Origin: an uncultured Candidatus Rokubacteria bacterium
GTDB lineage: Bacteria > Methylomirabilota > Methylomirabilia > Rokubacteriales > DASRDR01
Assembly: GCA_963708025.1 (NCBI GenBank)
Contig: CAVPSB010000018.1
Span: 512,001 to 576,000, forward strand
Direction: 5' to 3'
DNA: 64,000 bases
Part shown: positions 37,782 to 50,413 of the stretch, piece after piece
Position numbering within the stretch: the first letter of the stretch is position 1
Layout of the letters: each line of letters begins with the position of its first letter
Position numbers and translations under genes: made by a program
The notes under the pieces: generated by a model
Told to the model about the DNA's origin: nothing
The model's database searches: none
What the model saw: the letters and a program-made list of their open reading frames with translations, nothing else

Positions 37782-38276
37782 TCAGGCGTCGGGCGGGACC
37801 AGGAAGCTGAAGGGCTCGGGGCCGCCCTCGTTCCATTCGACGCACGGCGCTTCGTCCTCACCCGCGCCGTCCACCAGCCACGACTCCGGCAACCGGAACG
37901 GCACCCGCCGCCCGGTGAAGTCTTCGCCGTCGTGGTAGTAGAGCCAGCCGGAACGCCGCCACCCCACCCCGCGCACCGCGTACCGCACCCGCCGGGCCTC
38001 GAGGTCGAAGACCGCCAGGCCATGGCTCCCCGGCGCCTCGGTGTACCGGCGGTCGAGCCCCAGGCGGCGCACCGCGCCGAGGATCCCCTGGTAGGCGTAG
38101 CTCGCGAAGGGGTGGCCGCAGAAGAAGCGCTGGGCGGCCAGGAGGAGGTCGGGAATCGTCTCCGGCTCGGCTTCGAGCGCGGCCATGAGCGCCGGGGCGC
38201 GCCACGGCCGGGCGAGCCCGCTCACGCGAGAGCGCTTGTCCTTGAGGCAGATCCGCGCCAGCCCCGGAGTTCCCAT
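37782..38276 (-). CDS. Hypothetical protein
   Basis: 164-aa ORF with coding-like composition, own promoter, abutting the DUF507 start. Confidence 0.65.
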   Translation of the reverse strand: MGTPGLARICLKDKRSRVSGLARPWRAPALMAALEAEPETIPDLLLAAQRFFCGHPFASYAYQGILGAVRRLGLDRRYTEAPGSHGLAVFDLEARRVRYAVRGVGWRRSGWLYYHDGEDFTGRRVPFRLPESWLVDGAGEDEAPCVEWNEGGPEPFSFLVPPDA

Positions 38277-38300
38277 GATTTCAGCCGAAAACTCGGTTCG

Positions 38301-38329
38301 AGCCTACAACCCGGGGTGAGGGGTGTCAA
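38301..38329 (-). promoter_or_regulatory. Sigma70 promoter TTGACA-17-TAGGCT
   Basis: Between atpC and the hypothetical-DUF507-ubiX genes. Confidence 0.6.
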
Positions 38330-38364
38330 GCCGCGGGCCCCGCCGCGCCGCGGCCTTTGGCGCG

Positions 38365-38781
38365 TCAGGTGCCCGAGGGTCGGGCCGCGATCTGGAGCCT
38401 CGCCAGCGCCCGCGCGAGTGCCCGCAGGGCCCGGGGGTAGTCAACCTCATCCCCGCCCCGGGCGGCGAGCCGCCCCTCCGCCCGTCCGCGGGCGGCGCGC
38501 GCGCGAGCCGTGTCGATCTCCTCGGGGCGCTCGGCCGTGTCGGCGAGGATCGTGACGTGGTCGGGCCCGACCTCGGCGAAGCCGCCGCTGACCGCCAGGT
38601 AGCGCTCGGTGCGGCCGACGCGATAGGTCACCTCGCCGGCGCCGAGCAGGGCCAGGAGCGGGGCGTGCCCCGGTAGCACGCCGAAGGAGCCATCGGCGCC
38701 GGGGACGACGACCTCGTCCGCCTCCTCGGAGACGACGAGGCGGGTCGGGGTCGCCAGCTCGAGCTTGAGCCGGTCGGGCAT
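38365..38781 (-). CDS. atpC: ATP synthase F1 epsilon subunit
   Basis: LELATP, GVLPGHAP, VSGGFAEV, EEIDTARA. Confidence 0.96.
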   Translation of the reverse strand: MPDRLKLELATPTRLVVSEEADEVVVPGADGSFGVLPGHAPLLALLGAGEVTYRVGRTERYLAVSGGFAEVGPDHVTILADTAERPEEIDTARARAARGRAEGRLAARGGDEVDYPRALRALARALARLQIAARPSGT

Positions 38782-38802
38782 GGCCGGGGCCGGTCCTCTT
38801 CC

Positions 38803-41116
<2,314 letters not shown>

Positions 41117-41140
41117 GGGAGCGAGACGCCGACCTGCGCT

Positions 41141-42663
<1,523 letters not shown>

Positions 42664-42667
<4 letters not shown>

Positions 42668-43224
42668 GCTATCCCCCCGGCATCCCTCGTGATCCGCTCG
42701 CGCAAGGCCGCGAGCTGGCCTCTGACACTCATGTCCAGGATCCGGCTGCCGACCTCGGCCACGAAGCCTCCGATCAGTGTCGCGTCAACCGCCGTGTCGA
42801 GGAGCACCGTCTTGCCGAGCCGGCGCCCGAGGCGCTCCCGGATGGCGCCCCGCTGGCCCTCGCTGAGCGGCGCGGCGCTCCGGACACGTGCGCGGACGCG
42901 GCCGGCCGCCTCGTCCACGAGCGTCTCGTAGGCTGCCCGGATGTCGGCAAGCAGGGCTAGTCGCCGGCGCTGGGCGACGAGCGCGAGGAAGTTCCGCGTC
43001 AGCGGCGAGAGCTGCAGCCGCTCGGCCACGGTCTGCACGATCGCGCGCTTGGTCGCCGCCTTGGCCCACGGCAGCAGGAGCACGTCCCGCAGGGCCGGCT
43101 CGTCGGCCAGCACGCGCTCGAAGGTCGCCAGCTCCTGGGCTACCGCCTCGGGCCGGGAGGCCTCGCTGGCCAGCGCCCAGAGCGCCTTCGCGTAGCGCCG
43201 GGCGACCGCCGCCCCGCGCCGCAT
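42664..43224 (-). CDS. atpH: ATP synthase F1 delta subunit
   Basis: [14 protein letters not shown]...[10 protein letters not shown]. Confidence 0.95.
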
Positions 43225-43231
43225 CTACGGA

Positions 43232-43287
43232 CAGGAGGGGGAGTCCCAACCACTCCCCCTCCTGGACCTCCCCGACCTGGGGGGTCC
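43232..43287. repeat. Tandem hairpins (perfect 13-bp stem plus 9-bp stem) between atpF and atpH
   Basis: CAGGAGGGGGAGT-7nt-ACTCCCCCTCCTG (43232..43264) and GGACCTCCC...GGGGGGTCC (43264..43287). Confidence 0.8.
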
Positions 43288-43299
43288 TCCGCTCGAGGA

Positions 43300-43923
43300 T
43301 CACCGCGCGTCCAGTCGCGCGAGGGCGTCCTGCACCAGGCGCTCGTGATCCTCGCCCCGGAGGCTCTTCTGGATCAGGCGCTCGGCGATCTCGACGGCCA
43401 GCGCGCCCACTTCCGCCCGCAGCTCGGCCTTCGCACGGCGCACGTCCTGCTGGATCTCCGCCCGCGCCGACTCGAGCAGCCGCGCCGCCTCCTGGCGCGC
43501 CTCGGCAGTCAGCCGCTCTCGGGTCTCCGCCGCCTCGCGCAGGGCCTGCTCGCGCACCGTTTGCGCCTCGGCCTGCGCCGCCTGGAGCTTCGCCTCGAAC
43601 TCGGCGAGCTGCCGCTGCGCCGCCTCTCGCGCCGCCTGTGCCTCGGCGAGCTGCTGCCGGATCGCGCCGGTGCGCGCCTCGAGCGTAGAGATCAGGGGCC
43701 GGTAGACGAACCGGAAGAGCACGGCCAGCAGGAGCAGGAAGCTGATGAGCTGGACCAGCAGCGAGCCGTTGAGCTCGATCAGGCTGTGGCCGCCTTCCTC
43801 CGCGGCGTACGCGAGACCGGGTCCGGCCAGGACGGCCAGGACCGTCGCCAGCACGGCTCCCGCGTGACGTCCAAGCGCCGCGCCGGTGATTGGACAACCG
43901 AGGACGTGCCGGCTCCGTGTCAT
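43300..43923 (-). CDS. atpF: ATP synthase F0 subunit b with N-terminal extension
   Basis: QLISFLLLLAVLFRFVYRPL..LEAR, coiled coil, ALAVEIAERLI; start uncertain. Confidence 0.93.
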   Translation of the reverse strand: MTRSRHVLGCPITGAALGRHAGAVLATVLAVLAGPGLAYAAEEGGHSLIELNGSLLVQLISFLLLLAVLFRFVYRPLISTLEARTGAIRQQLAEAQAAREAAQRQLAEFEAKLQAAQAEAQTVREQALREAAETRERLTAEARQEAARLLESARAEIQQDVRRAKAELRAEVGALAVEIAERLIQKSLRGEDHERLVQDALARLDAR

Positions 43924-44006
43924 GCTGACCCTCGTGCGGGATGGGCGTGCGTTGTGAAAAAAGGAGCAAGAAGCCATTTAGCACTATCACGCGCGCCGGA
44001 GGACTG

Positions 44007-45096
44007 TCAAGCCGCGCGCGCGATGACGCCGCCTCCGAGGACCACGTCGTCTTGATAGAAGACGACCGACTGCCCGGGAGTCACCGCGCGCTGCGGCCGG
44101 GAGAAGCGGACCTCGACCTCGCCGGCGCCGCCCGGCCGCAGCGTCGCCGGGACCAGCGGGGCATTGTGTCGGATCCGCGCCTCGACGGCGATCTCCTCGT
44201 CCAGCCGCTCGATGGCGATCCAGTTCACTTCGCTCGCGACGAGGCCCGCGGCCTCGAGCGCTTCACGCGGCCCGACGACCACCGCGTTCCGCTCCGGATC
44301 GAGGCGGACGACGTAGCGGGGCAGTCCCCCTGCCGGCGGCGTCCCGAGGCCGCGCCGCTGCCCGATCGTGTAGGCCGCGAGCCCGGCGTGGGCGCCGATC
44401 TCGCGCCCGGCCTCGTCCAGGATGGGACCCGGGCGGAACGCCTCGGGCGCGCGGGCGCGGAGAAACGCGCGGTAGTCCCCGCTGACGAAGCAGAGCTCCT
44501 GGCTCTCCGGCGTGTCGGCCGTGGCCAGGCCGAGCGCGTGCGCCTTCGCGCGGACCTCGGCCTTGGTCAGGTCGCCGATCGGGAAACCGCGCGCGCGCGA
44601 GCTGCGCCTGGGTGAGGGGCCAGAGGAAGTAGCTCTGGTCCTTCTGGACGTCGCGCCCGCGGCAGAGCAGGAGCCGCCCGCGCGCCCCGTCCTGTCGGAT
44701 GCGCGCGTAGTGGCCGGTGGCGACGGCGTCGGCCTCCCACGCCAGCGCGCGCCGGAGGAGCGTGCCGAACTTCACCTCGCGGTTACAGACGACGCAGGGG
44801 CTCGGCGTGCGGCCGGCGCCGTACTCCCGGGTGAAGTCCGCGATGACCAGCTCGGCGAACTCGCGCTCGTGGTTCAGCAGGTAGTAGGGGATCCCGAGAT
44901 GCCGGGCCACCGCCCTCGCGCCGCGCGCCGTCGCCGGGGAGCAGCAGGAGCCGAAGTGGGCCGCGTCGTCCTCGGGCTCCGCCCACGGGGCGGTCCGCAG
45001 GGTGATCCCGATGAGCCGATGACCGGCCTCGGCCAGGAGGGCCGCCGCCACCGAGCTGTCCACCCCGCCGCTCATCCCGACAACGATCGTGGCCAT
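44007..45096 (-). CDS. mnmA: tRNA 2-thiouridine(34) synthase MnmA; one frameshift near 44585 beside a CG run
   Basis: GMSGGVDSSV, TPSPCVVCN, ATGHYA, KDQSYFL, then ESQELCF, YTIGQRRGLG, AVTPGQSVVFY. Confidence 0.93.
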
Positions 45097-45114
45097 TTTA
45101 GCCTTTATTCTTAG

Positions 45115-45996
45115 CTAGTTGACGATACTTTGCGGACCCGCTCGTCGGCCACCCGTGAGCGCGGCATGGATCTGCTCCAGCTCGGCCGCTGAGCCGAAGG
45201 GGAGCTCGACGCGCCCGCGGGTGAGACCGCCGACGAGCCGCACCCGCATGCCCAGCGCCAGACGCAGCTCTTCCTCCAGGGCATCGATCTCGACGGGTCG
45301 CCGGCGCCCGGGCGGTCGGCCGCGGCGAGTCCGGCGCACGTCGGCCTCCGTCGCGCGCACCGACCACTCCTGGGCCAGGATGCGGTCCCGGAGTCGAAGC
45401 TGTGCCGCCGGGGTGGGGAGACCCAGCAATGCGCGGGCATGCCCCATCGTCAAGCGCCCCGCCCGCAGATCGTCCTGAATGACGTCGGGCAGCCGTCGCA
45501 AGCGAAGGGCATTGGCGATCGATGACCGATCCTTCCCGATCCGTCCGGCCAGATCGTCCTGGGTCCACCCGAACTCCGCCAGGAGACGCTGATACGCGTC
45601 GGCCTGCTCCAGCGGGTTGAGGTCCTCCCGGAGGAGGTTCTCGACGAGCGCCAGCTCCAGCGCCTCGGCGTCAGTGGCCTCCCGCACCACGGCGGGCACA
45701 TGGCTCAACCCTGCCTGCCGAGCCGCTCGCCACCGCCGCTCGCCCACCAGGATCTCGTGGCGGTCACCCCGCTGACGAACGACGAGGGGCTGGAGGACCC
45801 CTGAGGTTCGGATCGAGGCGGCCAGCTCCTCCAGCGCTTCCGGCGTGAACGTCTTCCTCGGCTGGAAGGGATTGGGCGTGAGGCTCTCGATCGGCAGGTC
45901 GCGCAGCCGGCCGGGGCCCTCGCCGTGCGCCGGGGGGGGGTCAGGAGCCGGCGGGAGCAGAGCCCCGAGGCCGCGACCGAGCGCGCGCTTCATCAT
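45115..45996 (-). CDS. parB: Chromosome partitioning protein ParB
   Basis: LGRGLGALL, NPFQPR, GERRWRAA, ENLLREDL, HTH, GHARALL. Confidence 0.96.
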   Translation of the reverse strand: MMKRALGRGLGALLPPAPDPPPAHGEGPGRLRDLPIESLTPNPFQPRKTFTPEALEELAASIRTSGVLQPLVVRQRGDRHEILVGERRWRAARQAGLSHVPAVVREATDAEALELALVENLLREDLNPLEQADAYQRLLAEFGWTQDDLAGRIGKDRSSIANALRLRRLPDVIQDDLRAGRLTMGHARALLGLPTPAAQLRLRDRILAQEWSVRATEADVRRTRRGRPPGRRRPVEIDALEEELRLALGMRVRLVGGLTRGRVELPFGSAAELEQIHAALTGGRRAGPQSIVN

Positions 45997-46753
45997 GGGC
46001 AAGCACCTCCTTGGCCAGCTCGAGGTAGGCCACCGCCCCGGGCGACCGCAGGTCGTACTGGAGGATCGAGAGGCCGTGGCTGGGCGCCTCGGTGAGCCGG
46101 ATGTTCCGGGGAATGACCGTCTGGAACAGCTGGTCTCTGAAATATCGCTCGACCTCCGAGCGGACCTGGAGCGCCAGGCTCGTCCGCCCGTCGAACATCG
46201 TGAAGACGATCCCTTCCACGGCCAGGCCCGGGTTGGCTCGCGCCCGGACCAGATCGAGCGTCTTCATGAGCTGGGCCAGCCCCTCCAACGCATAGTACTC
46301 GCATTGGAGCGGGATGACGGCGGCGTCGGCGGCCACGAGCGCGTTCAGCGTCAGGAGCCCCAGCGACGGCGGGGAATCGACGATGACAAAGGCGAACCGC
46401 TCGCGGATGGGCGCCAGCGCCTCCCGCAGCCGGCCCTCCCGCCCGGCCCTCTCCACGAGCTCCACCTCGGCGCCGACGAGGTCGGGACTGGCCGGGAGCA
46501 GGGTGAGGGAGGGGAGCGCGGTGGGCCGGCACGCCTCCTCCGCCGGCACACCCTCGAGCAACACCTCGTAGATCGTGGGCGCCGCCACGGCTCCCCGCTC
46601 GGAGAGCACCCCCGCGGTGGCGTTCCCCTGCGGGTCGAGGTCGAGGAGAAGAGTAGGGCGCTCAGCCGCGGCCAGCGCCGCGGCCAGATTGACCGCCGTC
46701 GTCGTCTTGCCCACCCCGCCTTTCTGGTTCGCCACGCCCAGAACCCGGGCCAC
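45941..46753 (-). CDS. parA: Chromosome partitioning ATPase ParA/Soj
   Basis: NQKGGVGKTT, DLDPQGNAT, DSPPSLG, QCEYYALEG, IPRNIRLTEAPSHG. Confidence 0.96.
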   Translation of the reverse strand: MARVLGVANQKGGVGKTTTAVNLAAALAAAERPTLLLDLDPQGNATAGVLSERGAVAAPTIYEVLLEGVPAEEACRPTALPSLTLLPASPDLVGAEVELVERAGREGRLREALAPIRERFAFVIVDSPPSLGLLTLNALVAADAAVIPLQCEYYALEGLAQLMKTLDLVRARANPGLAVEGIVFTMFDGRTSLALQVRSEVERYFRDQLFQTVIPRNIRLTEAPSHGLSILQYDLRSPGAVAYLELAKEVLAHDEARARSRPRGSAPAGS

Positions 46754-47432
46754 GCACTCCCCCTGTTTCACGTGGAACGTCGGCCGTCCTACCCACTCGC
46801 TCGGTCGCGGGAATTATAAGGAACCGTCGGTGGATCCGCAACCCGAACCGCGGGGCTGTCACTGTTACCTGGCGCGTAGCCCCAAGTTCGGCGCGAGCGG
46901 CCGGCCCGACGGGGAGGACCAGCCGACCCGTGGATCCGAGGAAGGGCCGGGCCAGCTCGAGGCCCGCTGCCGGCGCCGTCACGGCTCGCATCGTCACCGT
47001 CCGGAAGGCGCTCCCGAGCCCTGCGGCCGTCCCTAGGGCCTCGGCTCGCTCCTCCCGTACCTCCACATCCGCCAGCTCCAGCCTCCTCACGACGTGGCGC
47101 AGGAAGTTGGCGCGCCGCCGGTTGGCCTCCACGAGCGTGACCGGCCAGTGCGGCCGGGCCAGCTTCAGGATCAGCCCGGGTACGCCGGCGCCGCTCCCGA
47201 TGTCGAGCAACGGTGCTGCAGGCTCCGGGAGCACCGCGAGGAACAGGAGCGAGTCCAGGACAAGGTGCTCGATCTGCTCGGCCTCGGATCGATACCCCGT
47301 GAGACGGCTCACCCGGTTCCACCGGCCGAGCTCCTCGATGTAGACCCGCGCGCTCGCCTCGAATCGGGGATCGATCGGGACCCCGAGTGCCGACACACCG
47401 GCTGCCAGGCGGCCCCACGGATCCGTGGGCAC
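46662..47432 (-). CDS. rsmG: 16S rRNA m7G527 methyltransferase RsmG (start uncertain; ORF open to 47504)
   Basis: WNRVSRLTG, HLVLDSL, LDIGSGAGVPG, RAE, TMRAV. Confidence 0.9.
   Translation of the reverse strand: MPTDPWGRLAAGVSALGVPIDPRFEASARVYIEELGRWNRVSRLTGYRSEAEQIEHLVLDSLLFLAVLPEPAAPLLDIGSGAGVPGLILKLARPHWPVTLVEANRRRANFLRHVVRRLELADVEVREERAEALGTAAGLGSAFRTVTMRAVTAPAAGLELARPFLGSTGRLVLPVGPAARAELGATRQVTVTAPRFGLRIHRRFLIIPATERVGRTADVPRETGGVRGPGSGRGEPERRGGQDDDGGQSGRGAGRG
46764..46779. promoter_or_regulatory. parS centromere-like site
   Basis: TGTTTCACGTGGAACG; reverse complement CGTTCCACGTGAAACA is 15/16 to TGTTCCACGTGAAACA. Confidence 0.88.
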
Positions 47433-47549
47433 GGGCAGGCTCAGGCCCTCGGGGGCTGCCGCCGACGGATGGAGGGGGGCGAGGCTTCCCAAATATCCAC
47501 GCAACTACCACGAGACAAACGCTTTTTCGATCACGGCGACTTGCTGGTG

Positions 47550-49304
47550 CTAGGCCTTCCTCGCTTCCTTCTCGGCCTTTCCCTCGACGCCGGCGCTCGG
47601 CTTGCCCGACCGCTGCACGGAGCGGTCGATCAGGTACTGCTGAGCGATCGACAGGACGTTGTTGACCAGCCAGTAGAGGACCAGCCCGGTCGGGAACTCG
47701 AGGAACATGAACGTAAAGATCACCGGCATGATCAGCATGATCCGCGCCTGCCGGGGATCGCCCACGGTCGGCGTCATCTTCTGCTGAACCAGCATCGAGA
47801 TACCCATCAGGATCGGCAGGACGTAGTACGGATCCTTCTTCGAGAGATCGGTGATCCACAGCAGGAACGAGGCACCCTGGAGCTCGACCGAGTACTGGAG
47901 CGTGAGATAGAGGGCATAGAAGATGGGGACCTGCACGATCATCGGGAGGCAGCCGCCGACCGGGTTCACCTTGTGCTTCCGGAACAGCTCCATCTGCTCG
48001 CGCTGGAAGCGCTGCGGATCGGACTTGTACTTCGACCTGAGCGCGTTGAGCTGCGGCTGAAGCGCCTGCATCTGCTTCATCGAGCTCATGCTCTTGTGGG
48101 TCAGGGGGTAGAACACGATCTTCACGAGGACGGTCAGCAGGATGATGGCGACGCCGTAGTTCTGGCCCGGCAGGCGCGTGGCGAAGAAGTTCATGAGCCA
48201 GAGCAGGGGGACGCAGAACCACTCCATCGGCAGCGTCCACAAGAACTCGCCGTAGTTGCGCGCCTGGGCCTGCTCCAGACCGACGTTGAACGCGGCCAGC
48301 CGATCCCATTCCTTCGGCCCCACGTACAGGTCGGCCTTCCCATCCCAGGCCCGGCCCGGCCCGAGCCCCACTTCCGGGAAGACGACGCCCACCTGGGCCA
48401 GATCGCGGTCTCGACCGCGTAGCACGCGGGCACCCGGTCCCGGGATGAAGGCGGCGATGAAGTAGTCGTTCTCCAGCGCGACCCAGCGGTGGACGCCTGG
48501 CTCGACGCGCACCGGCTCGAGGTGCGGATCCTTCAACTCTGGCCCGGCCGGGGACTCCTTCGGGTCCTTCAGGGCGGGCGCCGGGTGCTCCAGGACCTCC
48601 GGCTTTCCGTTCCGGGCGACGAGGATGCGCCCGAGGAGCTGGCTGTGCTCCTCGCCTTCCCCGAACGTGAGCCAGGGCGCCTCTCGGGTCTTCCCCGGAA
48701 TCGCCACCGGCCCAGTCCAGTACAGCGCGACCGACCCAGCCTCGGCTCCCCCGCCGCCGCCCTCCGCGTGGAGCTCCACCTCGACCCGGTAGCTCGCCGC
48801 GTCGAAGCGCACGCGCTTCTCGACCCGGATCCCGGCCCCCGTCACCCCGCTGAACACCACCGTGCCCTTCGGCCGCTCGGCCGTCAGCTCCAGCCGATCG
48901 GTGTCCGCCCGGAGCGGCACCACCTCCGGCGGCCGGCCCGGCGCGCTGACCGCCACCGCGAGCGGGGCGAGGCCCTGGCCGACCAGGAGCGGCTTCTTCC
49001 CCCGGTACCGGAGGGTCCAGCCGCTCACCGACCCGTCGGACGCGAACGTCACCTCGTATAGCGGGGACGTGACCTCGACGGCCCGCCCGATGATCGCGGT
49101 CGCTCCCGGAATCACGGGCCGCGCAGGGCCGACCGTGGCGCTTCCGCCCGCGGCGGGCGATGCGCCGCCCGCGGGAGCCGGGTTAGCGGGAGTGTCCCCC
49201 GCCGACGGCGCACCGGGCGGGGGAGGCGGGGGAGCGAAGAACGCCTGCCAGGCGAGCAGGAGCGCCACAGACAGGACGATGGCGATCAGGGCCCGCTTTT
49301 CCAT
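47550..49304 (-). CDS. yidC: Membrane protein insertase YidC
   Basis: LYVGPKE, NYGVAIILLT, NPVGGCLPMIVQVPIF, GLVLYWLVNN. Confidence 0.96.
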   Translation of the reverse strand: MEKRALIAIVLSVALLLAWQAFFAPPPPPPGAPSAGDTPANPAPAGGASPAAGGSATVGPARPVIPGATAIIGRAVEVTSPLYEVTFASDGSVSGWTLRYRGKKPLLVGQGLAPLAVAVSAPGRPPEVVPLRADTDRLELTAERPKGTVVFSGVTGAGIRVEKRVRFDAASYRVEVELHAEGGGGGAEAGSVALYWTGPVAIPGKTREAPWLTFGEGEEHSQLLGRILVARNGKPEVLEHPAPALKDPKESPAGPELKDPHLEPVRVEPGVHRWVALENDYFIAAFIPGPGARVLRGRDRDLAQVGVVFPEVGLGPGRAWDGKADLYVGPKEWDRLAAFNVGLEQAQARNYGEFLWTLPMEWFCVPLLWLMNFFATRLPGQNYGVAIILLTVLVKIVFYPLTHKSMSSMKQMQALQPQLNALRSKYKSDPQRFQREQMELFRKHKVNPVGGCLPMIVQVPIFYALYLTLQYSVELQGASFLLWITDLSKKDPYYVLPILMGISMLVQQKMTPTVGDPRQARIMLIMPVIFTFMFLEFPTGLVLYWLVNNVLSIAQQYLIDRSVQRSGKPSAGVEGKAEKEARKA

Positions 49305-49325
49305 GGCAGCCTTGGGCGCCGCTGT

Positions 49326-49556
49326 TCAGCGCGGCGGGTCAATCCCGCCCGGAAAGGCCGGCTGGCACCGGAGGAGCCGCCCGACGGCCAGCATCCCCCC
49401 ACGGAGCAGCCCACGCTCGGTGATGGCCTGCCGCGCGTACTCCGAGCACGTCGGCCAGTATCGGCAGGCCGGGGGGAGCAGGGGTGACAACCACCGCTGG
49501 TACCCTTCGATCAGGACCGCCGCCCCGCGGGCGGCGGCGCGCGGGGCGCGCGTCAC
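49326..49556 (-). CDS. yidD: Membrane protein insertion efficiency factor YidD
   Basis: YQRWLSP...CRYWPTCSEY...RLLRCQP...GGIDP. Confidence 0.92.
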   Translation of the reverse strand: MTRAPRAAARGAAVLIEGYQRWLSPLLPPACRYWPTCSEYARQAITERGLLRGGMLAVGRLLRCQPAFPGGIDPPR

Positions 49557-49924
49557 GAAGCCAGACGCCGCGCGGCGTGGCGCAGCGCCTCGGCCACCTC
49601 GCTGCTGAGTTCGGCGAAGGGGGCTGCCACCGCCCGGGGGCGCGCGACGAAGCAGAGCCGCAGCCCAGTCCCTGGCAGGAGGGTCGCCTGACGGCGGTAG
49701 GCCTCCCGGAGCCTCCGGCGCGCCCGGTTCCGCCACACGCTTCCCCCCAGCTTCCGGCCGGCCGTGAACGCTGCCGCCCGCCGACCCGGGGTGGGGGACC
49801 ACAGGAGCACGAAGCTCGGGCGCTCGACGCGGCTCCCCCGGCGGAAGAGCCATTGAAACTCCCGCCGATCGCGCAGCCGCTCCGCGCGGGGCAGGGTCGC
49901 CCGGGTCGCGCCGGTCGCGGTCAC
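49553..49924 (-). CDS. rnpA: Ribonuclease P protein component
   Basis: ERLRDRREF, RKLGGSVWRNRARRRLREAYR (RNR motif). Confidence 0.92.
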   Translation of the reverse strand: MTATGATRATLPRAERLRDRREFQWLFRRGSRVERPSFVLLWSPTPGRRAAAFTAGRKLGGSVWRNRARRRLREAYRRQATLLPGTGLRLCFVARPRAVAAPFAELSSEVAEALRHAARRLAS

Positions 49925-49926
49925 AC

Positions 49927-50061
49927 TCAGACGGAGAGACGCCGACGCCCCTTGGCGCGCCGGCGCTTGAGGACCTTTCGGCCCCCCTTGGTGGACATCC
50001 GCTCGCGGAAGCCGTGCGTCTTCTTCCGCCGGCGCCGATTCGGTTGATAGGTCCGCTTCAC
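49927..50061 (-). CDS. rpmH: 50S ribosomal protein L34
   Basis: Own translation [52 protein letters not shown]. Confidence 0.97.
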   Translation of the reverse strand: MKRTYQPNRRRRKKTHGFRERMSTKGGRKVLKRRRAKGRRRLSV

Positions 50062-50097
50062 ACGATCCTCCTAGCCGGGAATGAACAAAGTTCAACC

Positions 50098-50190
50098 ATC
50101 CTACCGGCCACCGCTAAGGCTAGTCAAGGGGCGCCGGTGACTCACGCCGGCGGTGATGGGGTTGCTCGCCTGTAGACAGCGTGCTATCGT
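50098..50190. promoter_or_regulatory. Divergent promoters for rpmH (TTGACT-18-TAGGAT, minus) and dnaA (TTGCTC-17-TATCGT with extended -10 TG, plus)
   Basis: rpmH elements 50127..50098; dnaA elements 50162..50190. Confidence 0.55.
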
Positions 50191-50341
50191 TCGCCTTTCG
50201 GAAGTCGGGCTCGTTCCTCCTGAGCGCGTCATGCGTCCCGCGAACGCTCCGCCGTCCGGGTCGGCGGGCGTCGGCCAGCGGCGCGGGTCGTTCAGCGCGT
50301 GGGCAGTGATGGGTAGGGCACAGCGACATCCCACCCCAGGG

Positions 50342-50373
50342 TTATCCACACCTGTGGATAAGTGTGTGTGTAA
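50342..50373. promoter_or_regulatory. DnaA boxes upstream of dnaA (oriC part 1)
   Basis: Perfect TTATCCACA 50342..50350 and TGTGGATAA 50353..50361; one-mismatch TGTGTGTAA 50365..50373. Confidence 0.88.
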
Positions 50374-50413
50374 CTCATGGGGGGCCAACTCCTCGCCACG
50401 GGAGCCTAGGTAA

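Noticed and set aside
43232..43264. Rho-independent terminator
   Set aside because: No U-tract on either strand, and it lies inside an operon.
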